Source of the DNA: Chloroflexota bacterium
Lineage (GTDB): Bacteria; Chloroflexota; Dehalococcoidia; Lucifugimonadales; UBA3495
Direction of reading: 5' to 3'
NCBI GenBank assembly: GCA_027623675.1
Contig: JAQBVF010000003.1
Span: forward strand, 1-64,000
DNA length: 64,000 nucleotides
The notes under the pieces were generated by a model that made no database searches, was not told the DNA's origin, and saw only the letters and a program-made list of their open reading frames with translations. Position 1 is the first letter of the stretch. The number at the start of each line of letters is the position of its first letter. Below are positions 1 to 8,937 of this stretch, piece by piece. The translations under genes were made by a program, and so were the position numbers.

Positions 1-210
1 GTCCGGCGATCCTACTTGGGTCCGGCGTCAACCGAATATTCCTAGGACTCTATCGCCGCCCGCATCAGGAAAGCTCTGGCCTATCTACTCCCGGAGCACC
101 TGATGCTGGCTCCCGACTGCGGAATGAAATACCTGCCCAAGGACGTGGCGTTCGGCAAACTACAGGCCATGACCCAAGGAGTGGAGTTGGTGCTGGCCGG
201 ACTCCGGTAA
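1..210 (+). pseudogene. metE: C-terminal remnant of cobalamin-independent methionine synthase (MetE-type)
   Basis: Frame 1 reads DSIAARIRKALAYLLPEHLMLAPDCGMKYLPKDVAFGKLQAM...*, including the PDCG Zn-ligand motif. An in-frame TAG at 43-45 precedes it. Confidence 0.65.
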
Positions 211-510
211 TTAATAAATGATATTTCGCGCCCGCAATGTTTTCAGGAGGTCGATGAAGGAAACCATCGAATGGGCCACGAGTATAAAGCCCATCACGTT
301 AATGAAGAGAGCCCGTCCGTCTAACCCCAGAATAGTATTCGTACCACTAACCGGGATGTAAATCAGATAAAAAATCGAGATACCGGCAATTCCAAATGGC
401 CACAGCACCACTTTAGAAAAGATTTCTACAATGCCCTCAATGCCCAAACGCATCAGAATCTCTTTAACTGACATGTTGAATTTCCTTTTTGAATTTTGGT
501 GAATATGCAT
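211..510 (-). CDS. small hypothetical membrane protein (two hydrophobic segments, AT-rich)
   Basis: 99-aa ORF with two TM-like stretches; the true start may be the MSVKEIL ATG. No family recognised. Confidence 0.5.
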   Translation of the reverse strand: MHIHQNSKRKFNMSVKEILMRLGIEGIVEIFSKVVLWPFGIAGISIFYLIYIPVSGTNTILGLDGRALFINVMGFILVAHSMVSFIDLLKTLRARNIIY

Positions 511-536
511 GCGGCCCCAATCGGGGCCGCATGCAT
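505..536. terminator. perfect 14-bp stem-loop downstream of the YjzC-like gene
   Basis: ATGCATGCGGCCCC-AATC-GGGGCCGCATGCAT; no clear U-tract. Confidence 0.5.
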
Positions 537-548
537 CGCTAACCCGAC

Positions 549-731
549 TTAGCTCTTGTGCTTTGTCGAATCGGGCTTTCCGTAGCCCATTCCAGGCTTC
601 GGAGTTGGGGGAAAAGGCTCCCCCTTTACAACGGTGACCTCTCGGCCCTGGTCTCCACCCTTTGGTCCTACCAAAGGATATTGGCCCGAACGTTTAGCGG
701 TTTCACCTGGCTTATGTGCCGGTTTAGCCAT
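549..731 (-). CDS. YjzC family protein
   Basis: MAKPAHKPGETAKRSGQYPLVGPKGG..GREVTVVKGEPFPPTPKPG matches the KPG..SG.Y..VGPRGG...G.PFPPT pattern of YjzC-like proteins. Confidence 0.8.
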   Translation of the reverse strand: MAKPAHKPGETAKRSGQYPLVGPKGGDQGREVTVVKGEPFPPTPKPGMGYGKPDSTKHKS

Positions 732-883
732 CTTGGCACCTACCACAGATTATCTCGCCGAGAGAGGAGGGCAATCGAAGCGTACAAAGACGCGTTACCC
801 GGGCTTGACCCCAAGTACCACCAGAGGTTACCCTCCGGTTTGTCTACGGCAAATGGGAGTCCCTGTCTCGACGGGGAACCCCG

Positions 884-919
884 AAAAAAAGACCCCGCCT
901 GATTTATGGCGGGGTCTTT
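884..919 (-). terminator. intrinsic terminator
   Basis: Minus strand AAAGACCCCGCC-ATAAATCA-GGCGGGGTC-TTTTTTT. Confidence 0.75.
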
Positions 920-1261
920 GCTCATACTGTATAGTACGGGCCGCATCGGTTGATTGAAACCCCGCCGATGCAAGAGCCATGGAAGTTACTAGCTTCTGTG
1001 GCTCTATCTATTTAAACTTTAACTCACCAGGTTAGGTTGTCATAACGTTTCGGGCTAAGTCAATAGAATATTGGGGAATATTGCGGACTGAAATTTATGA
1101 ATCCCAACCGCTGGTTTGTTATCCCACTTAAGCACCCGGTGCCACCGAAACATAGAGTTCAACGCCGAGCTCGGAAGGAAGATAGCAGACTCTCGTTCCA
1201 GCAAGAAAGCCCCAGTGCTTCAGGGAGCGGGCGGGGTTTCGTTTGCGGTGTCCTCGTTGGC

Positions 1262-3067
1262 TTAAAGCCCTATGGCGTAACAGGCGCGGCGGGGGTCGCC
1301 ACCGGTGGCCAGGTGGCCCGTCTGCGGGTCTCTTGCCGAGACGGTGGCGCCCAGGCCGCAGTTGGCGGCCCAGCCGATCTGATGGCCCAAGGCCCTCAGG
1401 GCGTCGGCCGTGCTCTCCGGGATGCCCGGCTCAAGGTCCAGGCGTCCGGGCAGGTAGGTGTGGGGGTAGAACGAGTTCTCCACGCTCTGGCTGGCGAACC
1501 GTGGCGCCTCCACCGCCTGCTGCGGGTCCATGCCGAAGAGCAGCACGTTCAAAACCAACTGCACGTTGGCTTGCGCCTGGTTGTCGCCGCCGGGACAACC
1601 GATGGTCATCACCGGTTGGCCGTCCTTGCGGGCCATGTAGTTGATCAAGGTGGTGCGGGGGCGCTTCCCCGGCTCGACCACGTTGGGGTGGCCCTCCTCG
1701 CAGTTGAACATCTCGATGCGGGTGCTGAGGCAGCAGCCCAGCTCCGGGAAGAACACCGACTTGGCGAAGGCCCCGCCGCTGATGGTGCCGCAGACCATGT
1801 TGCCCTGGGCGTCCAGCACCGACACGTGGGTGGTGCCTTCATGGGACGACGGGTCGGATGCGCCGTTGGACGCGCCGGTGGCGGCGGGCTTTCCGGTGGG
1901 GACCGCGCCGTTCCGCTTGGAGTGCTTCCAGGGGTCGCCGGGGGCGGGCTGCTCCGGGTAGGCGCGCTCCGGGTCGATCAGGCCGGCACGTTCGGCGGCG
2001 TATTCCTTGGACAGCAGGCCGTCGATGGGAATCTCGGCGTAATCCGGGTCGGCGTAGTATGCTTCGCGGTCGCCGAAGACCTGCTTCAACGCCTCGCAGA
2101 CGGTGTGGATATAGGTGGGCGAGTTGTGTCCCATGGCCTTCAGGTCAAAGTTCTCCAGGATGTTCAGCGTCTGCTGGAGCATGGGCCCCTGGCTCCAGGT
2201 GTCGTGGCCCAGGATCTCGTGTCCGGCGAAGGTGCTGGAGACCGGCTCGCCGAACTGACTCTTATAGTTTGCCAGGTCGTCCATGGACAGTATCCCGCCG
2301 ACTTTCGCCGACGACTCGACGATGGTCTTGGCCACCGAGCCTTTGTAGAAGACGTCCCGCGCGGCTTGGAGTCCGGCCTTCCTGTCGCCGGAGACGGCCG
2401 CGGCGGACATGGCTTTGAGGGTGTTCGCCAAGCCGGGCTGCACCAGAAGGTCGCCGGGCTGGGGCACCTGCCTGTCGTTGAAGAACACGTCCCAGCCGCC
2501 GGGCGGGTAGTTGTCGAACTGGACCGGCGTGCTCTTGGACTTGAGCCGCTCCAGCATGTATTCGTAGTGGGGGATGCCGTTCTCCGCGTAGTCGATGGCC
2601 GGCGCCAGCACCTGGTCGATGGGCAGGCTGCCATACCGCTCCAGAAGGGATATGAACGCCTCGACGACGCCCGGCACGGTGAACGAGAAGTGGGCCTTGT
2701 CACCAGGGCCGGTGGGGATGCGGTCCATGCCCTGGGACTTGTAGAAGTCGGCCGTGGCCTTGCCGGGAGCGCCGCCCTGGCCGCTCAGAGAGAGCATCTC
2801 ATCGCTGGCCGCGTCGTAGACCATGAACACGCCCTCCGCCGCCAGGGAGTACGACGCGATGGGTTCGATGACCGCGGCAGCGAAACCGGCGGCGGCCATG
2901 GCGTCGAAGGCGTTGCCGCCGTTCATCAGCATCCGCATGCCGGCCATGGACGTCAGGTAGTGTCCGCTGGAGATCACGCCCTTGGTGGACCGGACCACCG
3001 GACGCCCGGTCTCGGGCAGCTTAAGGTCTCCCTGTTCCAGTTCATGATGCGGTGTCTGGATGGCCAT
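1262..3067 (-). CDS. ggt: gamma-glutamyltransferase family protein (Ntn hydrolase)
   Basis: GGNAFDA, TVPG and FYKG motifs, the catalytic TTHVSVLD segment, and PGKRPRTTL/GCPGGD/GDPRR; GGAG RBS. Confidence 0.9.
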   Translation of the reverse strand: MAIQTPHHELEQGDLKLPETGRPVVRSTKGVISSGHYLTSMAGMRMLMNGGNAFDAMAAAGFAAAVIEPIASYSLAAEGVFMVYDAASDEMLSLSGQGGAPGKATADFYKSQGMDRIPTGPGDKAHFSFTVPGVVEAFISLLERYGSLPIDQVLAPAIDYAENGIPHYEYMLERLKSKSTPVQFDNYPPGGWDVFFNDRQVPQPGDLLVQPGLANTLKAMSAAAVSGDRKAGLQAARDVFYKGSVAKTIVESSAKVGGILSMDDLANYKSQFGEPVSSTFAGHEILGHDTWSQGPMLQQTLNILENFDLKAMGHNSPTYIHTVCEALKQVFGDREAYYADPDYAEIPIDGLLSKEYAAERAGLIDPERAYPEQPAPGDPWKHSKRNGAVPTGKPAATGASNGASDPSSHEGTTHVSVLDAQGNMVCGTISGGAFAKSVFFPELGCCLSTRIEMFNCEEGHPNVVEPGKRPRTTLINYMARKDGQPVMTIGCPGGDNQAQANVQLVLNVLLFGMDPQQAVEAPRFASQSVENSFYPHTYLPGRLDLEPGIPESTADALRALGHQIGWAANCGLGATVSARDPQTGHLATGGDPRRACYAIGL

Positions 3068-3337
3068 GCTTTACTCCTGAGGTGTTCGGTTTGTAGGGGG
3101 TGGTTTGCGACAAATGATACCAGGCGTGCGGGTGTGGGGGTAGATGCTCGGGGCTAGAGAACCTGATCAACCGGCCATCGGGTCCTCTAATCCCGGCCTC
3201 GTGAAGCCGAACGAAACCCCAGTCACTCGCCACGAAAAATCGGTCATGGCCCTCCCGCCGTGGGAGTTGTTGGGGCCGATGGGTACCTGTCTGTCGCCCG
3301 CCGCGTACTTGGTGAGCCGATGTTGGCAGACCGGGAG

Positions 3338-4315
3338 CTAGATACTAACCGGCAATCCGGTCTGGGCCGATTCGTAGGCCTTCAACACCAGCGCAAGGTC
3401 GTTAAGTCCTTCTTCACCGGTCATCGCCGGCTCCGATGACTCTAAGATGCTCCTCCGGAACTCCAACACCATGGGTAAGATACCAAGGTGGTCATCGTCA
3501 AAACGCCTCGTTTCTTGGGAGTTGTCGTAGTCAATCTTGAGCAGGGAACCGCCCAACTCAAAAGACACGTTCGCAAGCGTGCCGGCCACCCTGACCCACG
3601 GACGCTCGGTTGCCTTGGCCACACTCCAAGAATGGTTGATGATGCCCACCGCCCCGCGCGCCGAGCGGGTGGTTACGACGATCCCGTCCTCGGCTTCCAG
3701 TCCCGGCGTCCCCTGTGGGACTTGAGCGGCATACAGCTGGTCTGGCCGCCCGGCTAGGTAGGCCAGGACACTGGCTTTGTGGATCCCGCCGTCAATGAAC
3801 ACTCCGCCCCCATTCCGTTCCCGGTCGTTGCGCCAGGAACCTGGATTGAAGGGGAATTCTTCCTGTAGCTGCACGAGGCGCACTTGGCCTAATGCTCCCG
3901 ACTCAATCAGCCGCTTCGTTTCCTGTACCGGCGCCAGGAACCTGTAGTTCTCGGCAACCATCAGATTAACCTGGGCATCAGCTGCGGCGGAAATGATTAA
4001 GCGGGCTTCTTCCAGGCTTCGGGCTATCGGTTTTTCCACGAGGATGTGTTTCTTCCCAGTTGCCGCCAGCCGGGCGTGCTCCAAGTGAAGGTCATGGGGA
4101 GTGCAGATGTAGAGGGCGTCTATCCTAGGGTCGCCGGCGGCGTCTTCATAAGAGCCGAAAGCCCCCGCGCCGCCGAACCTTTGGGAGTAGGCGATGGCTC
4201 GGCCAGGGTCTCGGCTGGCGAAGTAGAGGTCCACGCGGTCCCGCGCGGTCGCCAGCGATTCGGCAAATGTGCGCGCGAACCCGCCACAACCTATCACGCA
4301 GAGCGCCAGCTTCAT
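3338..4315 (-). CDS. Gfo/Idh/MocA family oxidoreductase
   Basis: VIGCGGFA Rossmann start, ICTPHDLH, HILVEKP, GGGVFIDGGIH; start set at MKLALC (ATG 4315). Confidence 0.9.
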   Translation of the reverse strand: MKLALCVIGCGGFARTFAESLATARDRVDLYFASRDPGRAIAYSQRFGGAGAFGSYEDAAGDPRIDALYICTPHDLHLEHARLAATGKKHILVEKPIARSLEEARLIISAAADAQVNLMVAENYRFLAPVQETKRLIESGALGQVRLVQLQEEFPFNPGSWRNDRERNGGGVFIDGGIHKASVLAYLAGRPDQLYAAQVPQGTPGLEAEDGIVVTTRSARGAVGIINHSWSVAKATERPWVRVAGTLANVSFELGGSLLKIDYDNSQETRRFDDDHLGILPMVLEFRRSILESSEPAMTGEEGLNDLALVLKAYESAQTGLPVSI

Positions 4316-4712
4316 TCTCTGTCCTTGACCATTGATTGGCCCACTGTACACCCTATCCCGCTAAGTGGGTAATCAGAACCCACATCGGCGTTGTTCCCGC
4401 CGACGAGCGGGGTTAGACCGGCGACCCAGGTTTTTATCAGCAGACCCGTCCTGCCTATTTCTGGCGAGCGGGCGACTGTTCCAGATATACTCATTCTAAT
4501 AAAGAGGGTGGGCCATACCCGTGTCCGTGAATTGTAAAGTTTCCAGGTCATGCGGGCACCCAGGCAGAGTGGTTTGCCTGAAGCGTCGGGGTTGCCAGGC
4601 TTCAACACAACTGGCCGAACTGCTGTTCGGCCAAATTTGAGTGTTCGCCCAACCCCACCGCCAAGGGCTAGCAATAGCTGAGGAGTCAATAATAGTCTGA
4701 AGGAGAAAACCG

Positions 4713-5428
4713 ATGGTCAACCCAATCGCACATTTTCAAAATCCCAGACTGGTCAACGCCATATTCGGTGCGACTGAACTCTCATGGATCTGGCTGATTG
4801 CCCGAGTCTACATCGGCTGGAATTGGCTGGAGGCTGGCTGGCACAAAGTAACCGATGACGCTTGGATGGATGGGGGGCAGCCCTTGAAGGCTTCTGGCAG
4901 CGCGCCATCTCTATTCCGGAGCAAGGCAGGCCCCCGATCTCTTATGACTGGTACCGGGAATTCCTAGAATACATGCTCAACCATGGCTGGGCGGTTTGGT
5001 TCAGTCCCCTGATCGCAGTGGGAGAAGTCATGGTGGGCCTAGGGTTGCTCCTGGGCGCTTTCACCGGCGTCGCCGCATTATTTGGCGCCGTCATGAACTG
5101 GAACTTCATGTTGGCAGGCACGGCCAGCACCAACCCAGTCCTAGGATTGATCGGGATCGGCGTGATGCTTGCTTGGAAAACATCGGGCTGGTGGGGTGTC
5201 GACCGGTTCCTCCTCCCCCGGGTGGGCGCTCCGTGGCAATCTGGCACGCTGTTTGGGCGCGCCAGCCTCCTCTCCCGCCCAACTAGCCGGCAGGAATTCC
5301 TCAGGGCGATGGAGGAGTGGACCAGGATGCTGATCGGGGTCGGCTTGGGGCTCTTCGCCCTTATCCCATATGCCCAGGATGGATGGCATGGAGACCGCTC
5401 TACGCCTCAAGAACACATTCCCCATTAA
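4713..5428 (+). pseudogene. DoxX/DoxD-like membrane protein, frameshifted in a G6 run (4872-4877)
   Basis: ORF 4713 (WLIARVYIGWNWLEAGWHKV) continues in another frame (AALEGFWQRA..WYREFL..GEVMVGLGLLLGAFT..MNWNFMLAGTASTNP); one more G restores WMDGGAALEGFW. Confidence 0.75.
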
Positions 5429-5874
5429 CCGGGTGCGCCGTAAGCATCCTGAACTATATGGGTTAAACAGTATAATACGAGTACGAACAGAGTGATGGCT
5501 TTGAGGAGGTGACGACGAGCCATCCCACGCGATCGGGGTTCTGTTTTTAGCATATTGTCCTTTACTGTGTTACGAAATGTTGATATCTCTGTACGAATGC
5601 CAGCTGTTGATAGGCATACTTGGAATACGGCGGGTCGATTCGATGCGCCAGATAGTAGATTCAACTGGGTATTTTGTCAAGATGTTTTGGATGTTCGGCC
5701 ATACGGATTATCATGCTGAACGGTTGCGCAGTAGGTATTTAGCGCCGTGCCAACCGCAGACAGGTTCGGGCTTGAGGGTCGGACCGCCGCCACCGTCTTG
5801 GTGGCCGCCAGGCGGGCATTCTCCGCGCCTCCGCCGGTGTGAAGCACTCGCCTACGAATCAAGCTTAGATTCCG

Positions 5875-5904
5875 TTGACTATGAATGGCATAAATTTCTA
5901 TGAT
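5875..5904 (+). promoter_or_regulatory. sigma70-like promoter upstream of heliorhodopsin
   Basis: TTGACT-N18-TATGAT. Confidence 0.55.
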
Positions 5905-6030
5905 ATCGGCTGAATCACGTATCTATACCGATCAGTTTGGACCAATCAAAGCTTGGTGTTTATTTCTTAGGTGGTGGATTCGAAAAGATACTTCGAATAC
6001 GGCTCTAAGGCTGATGTTGTGAGAGGGCAG

Positions 6031-6870
6031 ATGGAAGAAACCTCGAGAGGTCCGCTGCCTGCCGGCGGCGATGCGCCAACCCCCGGCGGGCCGGATGACG
6101 GCGGAAATGCCAGCACATTAGCAGGACTGCGCCGGTTCAACGCGATCATGGCCGTGTTCCACCTGGCCCAGGGAATCGTACTGATCTTGCTGAGCACCGA
6201 TTTCAGCCTGCCGGTAACTTCGTCATTCCTGAAGTTTGACGCAGTCGCCAACAAGCTGGTCGCGGCGCCCGACGAGATCGCCAGCCTTCCTTTGGCCCCA
6301 ATGATCGCCGGGTTCCTCTTTATCTCGGCGGCGGCGCATGCCGCGGTGTCGTCCCCCTGGTTCTTCCCGTGGTACGCGAGGAATCTCCGCAAGGGCGTCA
6401 ACTACGCGCGGTGGATCGAGTATTCCGTGAGCGCCTCGGTGATGATCGTGGTCATCGCCATGCTGGTGGGGATCTACGACATCGCCAGCCTCATCCTGAT
6501 CTTTGCGGTGAACGCGTCCATGATCCTGTTCGGTTGGCTGATGGAGCTGCACAATCAGACCACGGGAGAAACCGATTGGACCTCTTTTTGGTTCGGCACA
6601 TTCGCAGGGACCATCCCGTGGGTGGTGATCGCGGTATACCTGATCGGCTCCGGCAGCGGCGAAGGGGGGCCGCCAGGTTTTGTTTACGGGATCTTCGGCT
6701 CGATCTTCGTATTCTTCAACGTCTTCGCCATCAACATGGTCCTCCAATACAAGAAGATCGGCCCTTGGCGCGACTACCTATTCGGTGAACGGGCCTACAT
6801 CATATTGAGCCTGACGTCCAAGTCCATCCTGGCCTGGCAGGTGTTTGCCGGCACCCTGCGGCCGGTCTGA
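6031..6870 (+). CDS. heR: heliorhodopsin (HeR)
   Basis: LRRFN..FHLAQG, LPVT, RWIEYSVSASVM, NASMILFGWLME, YLFGERAYIILSLTSKSILAW (retinal-binding SLxxK in TM7). ATG 6031 follows GAGAGGG; an upstream GTG at 5971 is possible. Confidence 0.95.
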   Translation: MEETSRGPLPAGGDAPTPGGPDDGGNASTLAGLRRFNAIMAVFHLAQGIVLILLSTDFSLPVTSSFLKFDAVANKLVAAPDEIASLPLAPMIAGFLFISAAAHAAVSSPWFFPWYARNLRKGVNYARWIEYSVSASVMIVVIAMLVGIYDIASLILIFAVNASMILFGWLMELHNQTTGETDWTSFWFGTFAGTIPWVVIAVYLIGSGSGEGGPPGFVYGIFGSIFVFFNVFAINMVLQYKKIGPWRDYLFGERAYIILSLTSKSILAWQVFAGTLRPV

Positions 6871-6961
6871 TCTTTTGGCGCGGGTCCGCTGTCTTGTGAC
6901 GCCAAGGCCCCAAGCGGCCGCGCTCGGGTCCTGGAGCGGACTTGTGATGGATTGAGGTTCG

Positions 6962-8005
6962 TTGGCAGCACAAGAAGACCTAAGATTTAACTGGTCACAT
7001 CTGCCGCCGGTGGCGTCTCACCTGGCGTCGACCGGAGGTGAGATACGGTCGCGCCTGGAAGATTTCGTGGTTACCGAGATCCCCAAGTACCTGCCCAATG
7101 GCCAGGGACTGCACGCCTACGCTTTCATTGAGAAGAGGGGCCTCACCACCCACGACGTGATCTCCCACCTGCGGTCTCAGGGCGTGGCGATGAAAGATGT
7201 TGGCGTGGCCGGCCGGAAGGACAAATACGCAGTAACACGCCAATGGATCAGCGTGCCCGCAGAGTCAGAGAACGCCCTCGCGTCTCTGGACGGATTGGAT
7301 GGGGTAACGGTGCTCGAAACCTCCCGCCACCGAAACAAACTGGGCGTGGGGCACCTTGCCGCCAACCGGTTCGAGATCACGGTCCGCGGCCCGGTGGACG
7401 ACTGGCAGACCCGAGCTCAGGCCATCTTGGGCCACCTGGAGCGGCAAGGATTGCCCAATTACTTCGGTCCTCAGCGGTTTGGCCGGTTCAATAGCAATGT
7501 TATCGACGCCATGCGGCTGCTCAAAGGCGCCGATGTCCCTGGGGGGCGCAGACTCCAGATGTTCTTTCTCTCTTCGCTGCAGTCCCATCTATTCAATTGG
7601 AACCTGAAACGGCGGATGGAGTCGGGCTTCTACCAGCAGGTGCTGGAGGGTGACAGGGCACAGAAGCACGACACGGGCGGCGTGTTCGTGGTGGAAGACG
7701 CGGCCAGAGAAAGCGAACGGGCGGCCAGGTTGGAGATCAGTGCGTCCCTGCCTTTGCACGGGCACAAGGTGCGTTACAGCGCTGGGCATGCTGGGAGATT
7801 GGAACAGGAGATCTTGGACCACTTCGGTTTTTCCCGCGGCGACCTGCGATTCTTGGGGCTGGGTTCATGGAGGATCAGCCGGGTGCGGGTAGACGAGATA
7901 TCCCTAAAGACGGTGGACGGTGGGTATACGGTCGGGTTTACCCTTCCCAGTGGCGCCTATGCCACCTGTCTGCTGCGTGAGTTGGTCGGCCCAGAAGCTC
8001 GATAA
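6962..8005 (+). CDS. truD: tRNA pseudouridine(13) synthase
   Basis: EDFVVTEI, AGRKDKYAVTRQW, NRFEI, PNYFGPQRFG, FTLPSGAYAT. Confidence 0.93.
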   Translation: MAAQEDLRFNWSHLPPVASHLASTGGEIRSRLEDFVVTEIPKYLPNGQGLHAYAFIEKRGLTTHDVISHLRSQGVAMKDVGVAGRKDKYAVTRQWISVPAESENALASLDGLDGVTVLETSRHRNKLGVGHLAANRFEITVRGPVDDWQTRAQAILGHLERQGLPNYFGPQRFGRFNSNVIDAMRLLKGADVPGGRRLQMFFLSSLQSHLFNWNLKRRMESGFYQQVLEGDRAQKHDTGGVFVVEDAARESERAARLEISASLPLHGHKVRYSAGHAGRLEQEILDHFGFSRGDLRFLGLGSWRISRVRVDEISLKTVDGGYTVGFTLPSGAYATCLLRELVGPEAR

Positions 8006-8155
8006 CGCCGCAATGGCCCGCAGGCACCGGCGCTAAATCATTTGCCTAATCTGGAGATCGAAGCTCCCGTGGGATTCATTTTGATCGGGCCTGGGCGTGA
8101 TTTTATATCTGATTAAGTGAGAGATCGTGCGTATTCCCGCTGATTCGGTATCGCT

Positions 8156-8231
8156 GAAACACATACGTAACATCTCAGCAACATTTATTTAACCTAGGCG
8201 AAATTCAACCGAAACAGGTCTCGCTTAGTCT
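8156..8231 (+). promoter_or_regulatory. six 11-bp-phased GlnR-box-like sites plus candidate -10 (TAGTCT 8226-8231) upstream of the urease/urt/glnA cluster
   Basis: GAAAC(8156)-n6-GTAAC(8167)-n6-GCAAC(8178)-n6-TTAAC(8189)-n6-GAAAT(8200)-n6-GAAAC(8211). Confidence 0.7.
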
Positions 8232-8381
8232 CAATAAGGTTTCGTAGCGATACGTGCGCTCTGATCAAGCCCGGTAGCGGCGAAACCTGTGGGGGAAGTC
8301 AGACGCTCTAGGTATCCCGGCGGTGCGGTAGCGCCGTTGAGAGCACAAGGGCATTTGACCAAACATCGTGGAATCATTGAA

Positions 8382-8684
8382 TTGTTTCTAGCACCAAGAG
8401 ACCAGGAAAAGTTGTTGATCTTCATGGCCGCGGAACTGGCAAGACGCCGGCGTGACCGGGGATTGAAACTTAACCACCCAGAGGCAACTGCCCTTATCAC
8501 CTTCGAGATTCTTGAAGGGATCAGAGACGGACGCTCTGTGTCGGAACTCATGGCATTTGGGGCGACCATCCTCACTCGAGACGACGTGATGGAAGGCGTT
8601 CCCGAGATGCTGGCTGAGGTCCAGGTCGAAGGCACGTTTCCTGACGGAACGAAGCTGGTGACCGTTCATAACCCCATTCGATAA
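8382..8684 (+). CDS. ureA: urease gamma subunit
   Basis: (M)[48 protein letters not shown]; a TTG start at 8382 gives the canonical 100 aa. Confidence 0.95.
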   Translation: MFLAPRDQEKLLIFMAAELARRRRDRGLKLNHPEATALITFEILEGIRDGRSVSELMAFGATILTRDDVMEGVPEMLAEVQVEGTFPDGTKLVTVHNPIR

Positions 8685-8937
8685 ACCCTCCCAACGGAAC
8701 TTGCGAGACGCTTCCGCCGCTTCCGTAAGGACGACCGGCGACGGTTGGCGCCCCTTTAAGTAACACGTGTTAGCTTTCTTCGTGCACAAGACGGCTGGCG
8801 CAAAACTCGGGGAGGCCGGCCATAGGCGACTTGTCGGTTGGCACATGGATAGTTTGGCGGGCAGCCGTTGAGCTTCAAATCAAATTCATTCAATCCCGGC
8901 TTTCACGTCTGCCGCGATTAACTCAAGGAGAACCCAG

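Noticed and set aside
43..45. Pyrrolysine readthrough of the TAG in the metE fragment
   Set aside because: Not a methylamine methyltransferase context, no pyl genes, and the sequence upstream of the TAG is also poorly MetE-like.
795..846. GACAAACC-GGAGG-GTAA-CCTCT-GG hairpin resembling c-di-GMP-I, and a T-box-like GGTGGTAC
   Set aside because: The second-stem consensus of c-di-GMP-I is missing, and no T-box stem I or antiterminator context is present.
1097..3157. 686-aa plus-strand ORF
   Set aside because: Antisense shadow of the ggt gene in GC-rich DNA; no recognisable motifs.
4541..4582. c-di-GMP-I riboswitch-like GGCAAACCACTC on the minus strand
   Set aside because: Lacks the GNRA loop and the GACGCAAAG junction; partial match only.
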